DNA of 53,547 nt from contig NC_057751.1 in NCBI RefSeq assembly GCF_004010195.1, positions 16,339,108 to 16,392,654 of the forward strand. Reading direction: 5' to 3'. The position numbers and the translations under genes were made by a program. Position 1 is the first letter of the stretch, and each line of letters begins with the position of its first letter. Source of the DNA: Chiloscyllium plagiosum (taxonomy: Eukaryota). The notes under the pieces were generated by a model. The model saw only the letters and a list, made by a program, of their open reading frames with translations, made no database searches and was not told where the DNA came from. Below, piece by piece: positions 10,176 through 20,554 of the stretch.

Positions 10176-10210
10176 ATGCTGTAATTATACCAGTCTCCAC
10201 CACTTCCTCT

Positions 10211-10434
10211 AGGAGAAAGTGAGGACTGCAGATGCTGGAGACCAGAGTTGAAAAATATGGTGCTGGAAAAACATAGCAGGCCAGGCAGCATCCGAGGTGC
10301 AGGAGAATTGACATTTCGGGCATAAGGCCTTCTTCAGGATTCCTGATGAAGGGCTTATGCCCAAAATGTCAATTCTCCTGCTCCTTGGATGCTGCCTGGC
10401 CAGCTGTGTTTTTCCAGCGCCACATTTTTCAACT
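10211..10434. mobile_element. Second palindromic Penelope-type insertion (older; hammerhead GAAA or GUC mutated), 16-bp TSD
   Basis: Imperfect inverted repeat centred at 10340 (tcagga-t-tcctga). Direct repeat ctccaccacttcctct at 10195-10210 and 10433-10448. Confidence 0.82.
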
Positions 10435-10929
10435 CCACCACTTCCTCTGGCAGCTCATTCGATACACACACCACCCTCTGCGTGAAAAAGTTGCCCCTTA
10501 CGTCACATTTTTATATTTCCCCTCTCACCTTATGCCCTCTAGTTCTGGACTCCCCCCGTCCCAGGGGAAATACATGTCTATTTATTGCTATCCATGCCCC
10601 CTCATGATTTTATAACCTCTGTAAAGTCACTCCCTCAGCCTCCGACACTCCAGGGAAAGCAGCCCCAGCCTATGCAGCCTCTCCCCGTAGCTCAAACCTT
10701 CCAACCCTGGCAACATCCTTGTCAATCTTTTCTGAACATTTTCAAGTTTCACAACATCTTTCCGATAGGAAGGAGACCAGAATTGCACGCAATATTCCAA
10801 AAGTGGCCAAATGCTGCATCTATCTGCAGCATGCCAGCTTCAATCTCAGTTCATCACATCTCTCAACTGTTTTATCAGCGGAGCAGTTTTGGGGCCTCCG
10901 TAGAAGGCTTGGACAGGTGCAAACTCCCA

Positions 10930-11225
10930 GGGTGGTACTGTGGCACAGTGGTTAGCACTGCAGCCTCACAGCGCCAGAGACCCGGGTTCAATTCCTGCCT
11001 CAGGTGACTGTGTGTGTGGAGTTTGCACATTCTCCCTGTCTCAGCATGGGTTTCCTCCCACAATCCAAAAATGTGCAGGTTAGGTGAATTGTCCATGCTA
11101 AATTGCCTGTAGTGTTAGGAGAAGGGGTAAATGTAGGGGAATGGGTGTGGGTACGTGGCACTTCAGCGGATCGGTGTGGACTTATTGGGTCGAAGGGCCT
11201 GTTTCCACACTGTAAGTAATCTGAA
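10930..11225 (+). mobile_element. HE1/V-SINE-like SINE, near full length
   Basis: tRNA-like head tggcacagtggttagcactgc...gggttcaattcc, conserved core, and CR1-like tail gggcctgtttccacactgta. Confidence 0.92.
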
Positions 11226-11244
11226 TGGGACTAAGCAGAAGAGA

Positions 11245-11390
11245 AGGAAACTACAAATCCCAGAACGCATTGCGTCAAGGCGCTGAGTGTCACGTTTAGT
11301 AGCCAATGAGCGACCTGGGTGCCTTTGACGTGGACCAATAGTAACGATAAGGGGCGGTCCAGAGGCCAGTAAGGGAAAATGGCGGCGGCA
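11245..11390 (+). promoter_or_regulatory. Housekeeping-type Pol II promoter
   Basis: ZNF143-type ACTACAAATCCCAGAACGCA (11250), CCAAT (11303, 11335), TGACGTGG (11326), GGGGCGG (11351) and YY1-type AAAATGGCGGC (11376). Confidence 0.75.
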
Positions 11391-12469
11391 GGGAGGATCA
11401 TATGGTGAAGTGGAGACTCTGTCACTATCAGGTCGTATTGTTAACTCTTCTGACTGAATCAAACAGGTATTAGCTCCTAGTGTCATCTGATGAAAGTATC
11501 CAAGAGAAATCAAGCTTTCTCTTGCAGGAGTTGCATAAATAGCCCTAGTAAGGGAAAGTGAGTCAGTTTCACTAAAGGCTGGAAATGCCATGTGATACTC
11601 CCTGAGTTGTCCAGTCTGGAAAGGGTGTCTGGATCCAACCTCAGTTAGCCCTCTTTCCACTCCCCCACCCCCAATAATAAAATGTGAGGGGTAACAAGCT
11701 GAAGAGACAGAGCTGATCATGAGAGGCTTGGCTATTTTCACTGCTGGCAGGCTGGATGGATTCTGGAATGCAGGTTGGGTCTGAAATGTTGGTGTGATGT
11801 GGATTTGGCAGCAGCTCCAGAGAGATGGTGGGGGAGCAGCAGGCGGGGGGGGGGGGGGGGGGAAGGATTGCAATGCCTCCCCAGTGCGATAGCAGGAGGC
11901 AGGAATTGACTGCAGTGCTACTCCTGGGTGTTTCCAACATTTTCTCCTTCCTGCGGTTGGATTGCCATCTTCCGCAGGATGTTGCCCCTGTCTTAAGTAA
12001 AACCCAACTTTTACTTCCAGGAGGTGACAGCTTGCATTTGTATAGCGCCTTTGAAGGTTGCTTCGTCGTGTGAAATGAGGCATGAATGCAGTTGGGAAGC
12101 GGTTTGGAGTCTCAAAGTGGGTGCTGTGGGATGACTTCCTGCTAGTGGAAACTGCAAAGCAGAATGAAGGCTGCGATTCCTTAGATCGCAGAGATGTTAA
12201 GACACTGTGGTAAAGCCAATGGTAAGTGTTTGGTAATGCCAAGCTACAGCTTTAACAGCCTTTGGGGCATTTGGTGGGAAGGGCATAAATGTTCTCAAAC
12301 ATATTTCAGTCAATTCAGGCAGTTCTTATTTGCAGACTCACTCTGGGTCAGACCTTTTCCCTGGCCTGGCACCTTTTTAAGTCTGCGACAGGAAATCCCC
12401 AGAGTACTGTATGTATTTGCTGTGTCCCGTAGAGGTCACAACAGCCACAACTTCTCTGGAACAGTTATA

Positions 12470-13245
12470 GAGTCATAGTGATTTAGAGCATGGAAACAGA
12501 CCCTTCCCCTTCGGTCCAACTCGTCCATGCCGACCAGATATCCCAACCCAATCTAGTCCCACTTGCCGGCACCCAGCCCATATCCCTCCAAACCCTTCCT
12601 ATTCATATACCCATCCAAATGTCTTTTAAATGTTGCAATTGTACCACCTCCACCACTTCCTCTGGCAGCTCATTCCATACACGTACCACTCTCTGTGTGA
12701 AAAAGTTGCCGCTTACGTCCCTTTTATATCTTTCCCCTCTCACCCTAAACCTATGCCCCTCTAGTTCTGGGCTCCCCCACCCCAGGGAAAAGATTTTTGT
12801 CTATTTATCCTTTCCATGCCCCTCATGATTTTATAAATCTCAATAAGGTCACCCCTCAGCCTCTGACCCTCCAGGGAAATCTCCTGTATGCAATACTCTG
12901 ACCAATAAAGGAAAGCATACGAAACTCCGTCTTCACTATCCTACCTACCTGTGACTCCACTTTCAAGGAGCTATGAACCTGCACTCCAAGATCTCTTTGT
13001 TCAGCAACACTCCCTAGGACCTTACCATTAAGTGGATAAGTCCTGCTAAGATCTACTTTCCCAAAATGCAGCACCTCACATTTATCTGAATTAAACTCCA
13101 TCTGCCACTCCTCAGCCCATTGGCCCATCTGAACAAGGTCCCATTGTAATCTGAGGTAACCCTTCTTCGCTGTCCACTACACCTCTGATTTTGGTGTCAT
13201 CTGCAAACTTACTAACTAAACCTCTTATGCTCACATCCAAATCAG
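12470..13245 (-). mobile_element. CR1 LINE 3'/RT fragment with an internal deletion
   Basis: SKFADDTKI...GQWAEEWQMEFNSDKCEVLHFG plus the family 3' UTR. Confidence 0.92.
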
Positions 13246-13884
13246 TTGCAGAAATATTCGACCAGTCAACAAGAATTCTGACTTTGCAGAATGGAAAAGG
13301 GAAACGGAGGGGGGAAGGATTCCCATCAAGCACCGGGTTCTTTGGTCTCAACTCAACTTTGAAGTCTTGAGGGGCGTTCCCTCCCTCCCTCAGGACATTG
13401 TGGGTCAACCCATAGTACGCGGACTGCAGTGATTCAGGAAGGCAACTCACCACCATCTTTTCAAGGGCAACATGGCCATGCCCCATTAGTGAATTTAAAA
13501 TTAGTGCCTTCCTGATCATGAAAGTGTGGGGAACGTGTTATCAAAGCTGGTTTTTTTTAATGTTTGCTTTGTACCTGTCAACTGGGAGCGGAACTTGGAC
13601 TGTGAGACGTTTTTCCATGATTGGGCAGCACTTGCTAAACAAATCCAAGTACGTTTCCCGCAACCCTCACAAACGAGACACAGTAATCAGTTGAGCCTGA
13701 AACACGGGTCTTATATGCTTGCTGGATTTATTTATATGCAGGAGACCCATTCTCGGCAAACAGCAGCCGTGCGCCATTGTTAACTACCTGGGAACGTGAG
13801 GGAACCCGTCTGCTTTCTCACTGGCTCAGCCTGAGCTGACCGGAATCCAGTTGCCACCAATCACTAACCCTTTTCTCTGTGTCT

Positions 13885-14300
13885 ATTAGATTAGGTTCTC
13901 TACATTATGGAAACAGGCCCTTCAGCCCAACAAGTCCACACCGCCCCACCGAACAGTAACACACCCAGGCCCATTCCCCTACCCTATACTTATCCCTGAC
14001 TAATGCACCTAACACGATGGGACAATTTAGCGTGGCCAATCCACCCTAACCTGTACATGAACACTATGGGACAACTTAGCATGGCCAATCCACCCTAACC
14101 TGCACATCCCTGAGCACTATGGGTAATTTAGCATGGCCAATCCACCCTAACCTGCACATCTTTGGACTGTGGGAGGAAACCCACACAGACACTGGGAGAA
14201 TGTGCAAACTCCACACAGACATTCGCCTGAGGCTGGAATCGAATCTGGGTCCCTGGTGCCATGAGGCAGCGGTGCTAACCACCGAGCCACTATGCCGCCC
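13885..14300 (-). mobile_element. HE1-like SINE with short internal tandem expansion
   Basis: tRNA head at 14230-14300 and repeated gccaatccaccctaacctgcacat units. Confidence 0.9.
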
Positions 14301-14594
14301 CTTGTTGCGATCGTTTGGACAATTTGGCATTTGTCCTGAAGAAAAGCTTCCATCTTTGCAGCAGTGTTGCAAGTTCATTCACAAAAAGAGCAGCCGTGAT
14401 CTTATTGAATGGCGGAGCAGGCTTGGGTGGGCTGGAGGGCCTGCTCCTAGTTCTTATGTTCGTTGAGTTGTATCCGTCTCTCTTCTCCTTTTAAGGTGCC
14501 CGATGAGGTCTGCCAGTGCACGCACACTCATGTTCTGATGCCTGTTGGGGTCCCTTAGCCTCCTGACAGTTGCCTGAAGAGCCAACAGAGCACG

Positions 14595-15255
14595 GTCCAC
14601 CGATTCTTCAACAACAAACCCACGCGTCCAGAAACTCTAGCCATCCTACCATATATCAAATGACTACCAGACTACTCTGACCCCCTTGGCATCGTGGTAG
14701 CCCACAAACCTAACAAATGCTACTGATGAACTAAAGGACACTATACCCACGACCAGCAAAATGAGTGTCATTTATAAAATACCGTGCAAGGACTGTAACA
14801 GACACTACATTGGACAGACAGGCAGGAAACTAGCCACCAGGATACACAAACACCAATCAGCCATCAGAAGATATGACCCACTATCACTAGTATCCTTACG
14901 TACAGACGAAGATGGAACCACTTCGACTGGGTCAACACACCCATCCTGGGACAGGCTAAACAGAGACGTGCACGAGAATTCCTCGAAACCTGGCATTCCA
15001 ACGGGAACTCGATCAACAAACACATCGATTTGGACTGCATTTACCAACCTCTGAGAAGCAGAACCGGAAATGATGTCCCCCACTACAACAGCCCAAGACG
15101 GATAAGCGAGACAGAACACCAGCGCTTCACCCGAGGCTCACTGTCGATGTTACTGAGCACGGTGATGTAACATCTGCGAACAGACCGTCAGCTTAGCCAG
15201 CAAACTTCCGACTGGGACCTCAACCTGAGCTACCAGTCTTCTCCAAAATCGCAGA
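14595..15255 (+). mobile_element. Penelope-like retroelement remnant: GIY-YIG endonuclease plus decayed hammerhead
   Basis: VIYKIPCKDCNRHYIGQTGRKLATRIHKH is a PLE-type GIY-YIG, frameshifted downstream. 15141-15175 (ctgtcgatgttac...gtgatgtaacatc) resembles a decayed CTGANGA-stem-GAAAC-GTC. Confidence 0.85.
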
Positions 15256-15739
15256 AGGTAGGCGTCCCAGCAAGCTATGACAATATCGTTCAAATGTCAA
15301 CACGGAACGTTCTGTCTTGTGCCGATCTAGGACTTGGATTGGTTTTGTAATTGGAGTGTCTTTACCCGAACCGACACAGCCACGTTCACTCTGATGGTGT
15401 GAACGGTTAGGTTTCTGGGCTTGGGACGAATGTGGCTCCTCCTTCCACCGTTTTGACCTCTCCCCTCTCCGCAGGCTCACTCTGCGCCCGGAGCTGCTTT
15501 TCCTACCTGGCGCTTTCTGCGCCTGCGATGTCGGTAACTATATTTTTTTCCCACTGACGCCGTCCACCATCTGCACGGGAGCCATACCAGGGCAGTGTCC
15601 GGGAAACAAGCGATTGCCGAGAAAGGTGGTGTGAAAACGAGTGGCGCTCGGGCCCAGTTAACATGATGACGGCAGTGAAATCTGGCTAGAAATTTGTCTG
15701 GGGTGGGCTAAAGCGTTGCTGTGGGGTTTAAGAGCCTGG

Positions 15740-16255
15740 TCAGAGAGTCCCAGGGCACAGAGACAGGCCCTTTGGCCCAACCAGTCCATACTGGCCAAAT
15801 TGTCCGTCCACATTCACCCCATTTCCCTGCATTTGGCCTACTTCCTGCTAATCCTTTCCTATCTGTGCATTTGTCCGAATGCCTTTTAAATATTGTTAAT
15901 GCATCGACCACCTCCACTGTCACCTCATTCCATGTGCGTACCACCCTCTGTGTAAAAACATTGCGCCTCAAGTTCCCTTTTATTCTTTCCCCTCTAACCT
16001 TAAACTGATGCCCTCCAATCCTTGATTCCCCAACTCTGGGGGGAAAAAAGACTGAGTGCGTTCACCCTATCCATGCCTCTCATGGTCTTCAACAACTCTA
16101 TAAGATCCCCCCCCTCGGTCTCCTGCGCTCTAAAGAAAAACAAAAATCCTAGCTTGACCAACCTCTCCGTGTGGCTAAGACCCTGGTGTCCTGGCAACAT
16201 CCTTGTAAATTTCTTCTGCCCTCTTTCCAGTTTAATATAGTCCTTCCGATAACAA
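15740..16255 (-). mobile_element. CR1 LINE 3' fragment (older subfamily)
   Basis: RNVFTQRVVRTWN...FKRH and GDLIELLKTMRGMDRV. Confidence 0.88.
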
Positions 16256-16352
16256 GGTCTTGTTCGTTTTCAGATGTTTAAAGTCCCTACTACGGACAGA
16301 TCTTGGCGTGTGGCTGTTTAAGTGATGACTTGCACGTTATCCACTTTAAACA

Positions 16353-17095
16353 CGGGCGGCACGGTGGCTCAGTGGTTAGCACTGCTGTCTCACAGCACCA
16401 GGGTCCCAGGTTTGATTCCGGCCTCGGGTGACTGGGAGAATGTCTGTGTGGAGTTTGCACAATGTCTGCGTGGGTTTCCCTCTGGATGTGCTGGTTTCCT
16501 CCCACAGATCAAAGATGTGCAGGTCAGGGTGAATTGGCCATGCTAAATTACCCATAGTGCCCAGGGATGCGCAGGTTAGGGTGGATTGGCCGTGCTAAAT
16601 TACCCATAGTGCCCAGGGATGCGCAGGTTAGGGTGGATTGGCCGTGCTAAATTACCCATAGTGCCCAGGGATGCGCAGGTTAGGGTGGATTGGCCGTGCT
16701 AAATTACCCATAGTGCCCAGGGATGCGCAGGTTAGGGTGGATTGGCCGTGCTAAATTACCCATAGTGCCCAGGGATGCGCAGGTTAGGGTGGATTGGCCG
16801 TGCTAAATTACCCATAGTGCCCAGGGATGCGCAGGTTAGGGTGGATTGGCCGTGCTAAATTACCCATAGTGCCCAGGGATGCGCAGGTTAGGGTGGATTG
16901 GCCGTGCTAAATTACCCATAGTGCATAGTGCTCAGGGATGTGCAGGTTAGGGTGAATTGGCCATGCTAAATTACCCATAGTGTTAGCTGCATTAGTCAGA
17001 GGGAAATGGGTCTGGGTGGGTTACTCTTCGGAGGGTCGTTGTGGACCTGTTGGGCCGAAGGGCCTGTTTCCACACTGTAGGGAATCTAATCTAAA
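16353..17095 (+). mobile_element. HE1-like SINE with about 9 tandem copies of a 52-bp internal unit
   Basis: tRNA head ggcggcacggtggctcagtggttagc, then unit cagggatgcgcaggttagggtggattggccgtgctaaattacccatagtgcc with period 52 (16562 to 16614), then the SINE tail. Confidence 0.93.
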
Positions 17096-17099
17096 CAAA

Positions 17100-17690
17100 A
17101 CCTCCAGGGTGTCATTGCTCCTCATGTCATTTTTAAATCTTTTAAATCTGAAAAGTATGCCCCCTAATTTTAAACTCCCCCAACCCTTGGCGAAAGAACC
17201 GTTGCCATGCATCTTCACTCTGCCCCTCATGATTTTATTAACCTCAACCTCCCACGCTCCATTGAAAAAACTCCCAGCCTTTCCAGTCTTTTTTTTTTAA
17301 TATACCTCAACCCCTCCATTCCCACCAACATCTCTGAACCCTCTCCAGCTCAGTAATATCTTTACTATAACAGGGCGACCAGAACTGCACACACAACTCC
17401 AGAAAAGGCCTCACCACATGGACCAGGCCCTGAACAGCCTCAACCTGACGTCCGACTCCTGGACTTAAAGGTCTGAGCAATCGAGGCGAGCGTGCTGAAT
17501 GCCTTCTTAACCTCCCTGTCTAACTGTGACACAAATTGCAAAACATTATGTAGCCGGACGCCTGGATCTCTGGCGTACAGCACAACCCGTTAATTGTATA
17601 AGTCCTGCCCTTGAGTGTTGTACCAAAATGCAATTAGACCTCACATTTATCCAAATTCAACTCCATATGCCATTCCTCAGCCCAGTGCCA
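17100..17690 (-). mobile_element. Degenerate CR1 fragment
   Basis: cccctcatgattttat...gaccagaactgcacac...aattcaactccat are CR1 landmarks. Confidence 0.75.
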
Positions 17691-18259
17691 TGTCGGGCCA
17701 GACTGGATAAAGGTGGAGATCGTTAGTTAAATGGATGGCTTTTAGTTTATATTAGACAGTTTCATGACAATTACAAAGACGAGGTTAAAATCCTCGATTT
17801 ATTATTCGAATTTAACTCATACCTTGGTGGGATTTGTACCCAAATGCCCCTTGATATTCAGCCAGGATCTCTGAATTACTCGCCCAGTGACATTCCCACT
17901 GTATCTCTTAGGTTTCTCTGAGAGATCGATTGTCAGGTAACACAATGAGAGGGTTCAGGGGCACTCACCCTTCACAAATTGATGTCCTTCCTTTTCTCTT
18001 TCAGACAGAGTTTCGGAAGAGGAAGTTGCCATTGACAGCTCTCCCAGAGTTTCCTTTCTGGACAGAACCATCCCAGGTTGCAGTTTGGAGCTGAGCAAAG
18101 GGAGCTGGAGGCAAGGTGGAATCCAGCTCTGGCTCCTGCTGCACAATAAAAGCTAGAAATACAGTGTGGTGTGGGTTTCATTACTGTCAGGGCAAACAGC
18201 TGGCTGGAGAGAGATACTGAATACACATCCAGCCCTGCACGAAAGAAATCAGTCAAATG

Positions 18260-19030
18260 AATCACTGAATCCCTACAGTCTGTAAGCAGGCTGTTCGGCC
18301 CATCAAGTCCACACCAACCCTCCAGACGGCATCCCACCCAGACCCACTAATGCTGTAACTTTGCATTTCCCCATGGCTAACCTACACATCTCTGGACAAT
18401 ACGGGCAATTAAGTACGGCCAATCCACCCTAACCTGCACATCCCTGAGCACTATGGGTAATTTAGCACGGCCAATCCCGAATCTTCTGTTCCCTAGATGC
18501 TGCCTGACCTGCTGTGCTGTTCCAGCAATAAAGTTTCACCCATGGCTAACCTGCACATCTCTGGACAATACGGGCAATTAAGTACGGCCAATCCACCCTA
18601 ACCTACACATCCCTGAGCACTATGGGTAATTTAGCATAGCCAATCCACCCTAACCTGCACATCCTTGAGCACAATGGGCAATTTAGCACAGCCAATCCAC
18701 CCTATCCTGTGCATCCCTGAACAATATGGGTAATTTAGCACAGACCATCCACTCTAACCTGCACATCCCTGAGCACTATAGGTAATTTAGCATAGTCAAT
18801 CCACCTGAACCTGCACATCCCTGAACACTCTGGGTAATTTAGCATGGCCAATCCACTCTAACTACACATTGTTGGACTGTGGGAGGAAACCGGAGCACCC
18901 GGACGAAACCCATGCAGACATGAGGGGGGAGAATGTGCAAACTCTGCACAGACAGTTGCCCGAGGCTGGAATTGGAGCCGGGTCCCTGGCACCGCGAGGC
19001 AGCAGCGCTAGCCATTGTGACACCATTGTC
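18260..19030 (-). mobile_element. HE1-like SINE with tandem 52-bp units and a nested PLE-end fragment (~18477-18538)
   Basis: SINE head at 18950-19030. The insert gatgctgcctgacctgctgtgctgttccagcaataaagtttca matches 10132-10174. Confidence 0.87.
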
Positions 19031-19088
19031 ACAGCTCATCCTGTAAGCCATGGGGAATATTCCTCCCCCCCCCCCCCATAGTCATTAA

Positions 19089-19240
19089 ATACAGTTATCC
19101 GAACATCAATTATCTGAATTTCGGATTATCCAAACAAGATCTCAAGGTCCTGTAAAAACATTCTTCGTTATCCGAACAGTTAGCTGTCTGAACAAAAGAC
19201 TCCTTGCCTTTATCGACTGGATAATCGAGGTTGTTCTGTA
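19089..19240. mobile_element. Tc1/mariner (Tigger/pogo-like) MITE remnant
   Basis: Ends tacag...ctgta, has repeated ttatccgaac/cggattatcc subterminal motifs and a right end ggataatcgaggttgttctgTA. Confidence 0.55.
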
Positions 19241-19889
19241 CTCACCTCTGCATTTCAAACCCTTCCACTAAACTCTTTGCACAAAAAGTCTTGAGCAGCG
19301 TGGCCGTGCAGTGCCAGCAGATGGCGCCTGATGCCCTGGGGACGGGCGGGACAATGAGCAGAAATACACAGACCTCCCGTCTCCAATGGCCAGTGGTGGG
19401 AGTACCCTGGCTGCTTCAAGGGATTGCAATTTGGCCTTGGTAGAACTGAACTGCCCCAGTCATTGCTGAATTGAGGCACGTTCCCAAGGGTCCTGGGCAG
19501 GACTTAAAATTCAAATGATAATTTCCAGCCAATCAACGCAACTTTTCTGCTGCGGGATGAATCATTGACTTGTTTTAATTGGAACGTTTGTTGAACAGAA
19601 CCCAAGTGTTGGAAACTTACATCAGAACAAATGCAAGAATCAAACAGTCACGACAATTTATACCACAAGACAATGTGAACTATTAGGTAGAAATATAAGG
19701 TGTTGTGAGTGTTTGAAATTGGGCATTCTTGCATTTATCCTGTTGGTAATCCTTGATGAGTCTCACTATTCAGTGACACTCAAGACACAATTTATTCTGC
19801 AGGTACAAAGGTGAATTGTTAGATATAAGTTTGCTGTGATCATTGAAATTTGGCATTCTTGTCTGTGTCCTGATGAGTGTGTCCCTTTG

Positions 19890-20503
19890 TCATAGAGTCA
19901 CAGAGATGCACAGCACGGAAACAGACCCTTTGGTCCAACCCGTGCATGCTGACCCAGATATCTCAACCCAATCTAGTCCCACCTGCCAGCACCCGGCCCA
20001 TATCCCTCCAAACCCTTCCTATTCATATACCCATCCAGATGCCCCTTAAATGTTGCAATTGTACCAGCCTCCACCACATCCTCTGGCAGCTCATTCCACA
20101 CACGTACCACCCTCTGTGAGAAAAAGTTGCGCCTTAGGTCTCTTTTATATCTCTCACCCTAAACCTATGCCCCTCTAGTTCTGGACTCACCCACCCCAGG
20201 GAAAAGATTTGTCTATTCACCCTATCCAAGCCCTCTCATGATTTTATAAACCTCTATAAGGTCACCCCTCAGCCTCCGACGCTCCAGGGAAAACACAGCC
20301 GCAACATGACCTCCCAACTCCTGTACTCAATACTCTGACCAATAAAGGAAAGCATACCAAACGCTGCCTTCACTATCCTATCTACCTGCGACTCCACTTT
20401 CAAGGAGCTATGAACTTGCACTCCAAGGTCTCCTTGTTCAGCAACACTCCCCAGGACCTTACCATTAAGTGTATAAGTCCTGCTAAGATTTGCTTTCCCA
20501 AAG
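19890..20503 (-). mobile_element. CR1 LINE 3' fragment
   Basis: Family 3' UTR plus RT C-terminal sequence with an internal deletion. Confidence 0.92.
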
Positions 20504-20554
20504 TTCTATTCTGGCTGACTACCACTGGCCTTGACTTTATGACCGCTGTGAGGG

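Larger units (their letters stand above)
9820..10810 (-). mobile_element. CR1 LINE 3' fragment interrupted by two palindromic insertions
   Basis: CR1 3' sequence resumes exactly after each insertion (aaatgctgtaatta; ctccaccacttcctct). Confidence 0.88.
11379..18170 (+). other. Candidate spliced plus-strand transcript of unknown identity (lncRNA, small-RNA host or micropeptide gene)
   Basis: Candidate exons ~11379-11431, 11528-11557 (ctttctcttgcAG...|GTGAGT), 15475-15533 (ctctcccctctccgcAG...|GTAACT) and 18005-~18165 (cttttctctttcAG; AATAAA at 18145 with a GT-rich element downstream). No long ORF. Confidence 0.45.

Noticed and set aside
11163-12242. 359-aa minus-strand ORF
   Set aside because: No recognisable domain or true ATG context. 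It runs through a poly-G tract, promoter motifs and a SINE, so it is likely a chance ORF.
16353-16425. tRNA-like A/B boxes here and at about a dozen other sites
   Set aside because: These are SINE heads continuing into the SINE core, not tRNA genes.
16575-16960. Recurrent TTAGGG as interstitial telomere
   Set aside because: One hexamer per 52-bp SINE unit, not tandem telomeric repeats.
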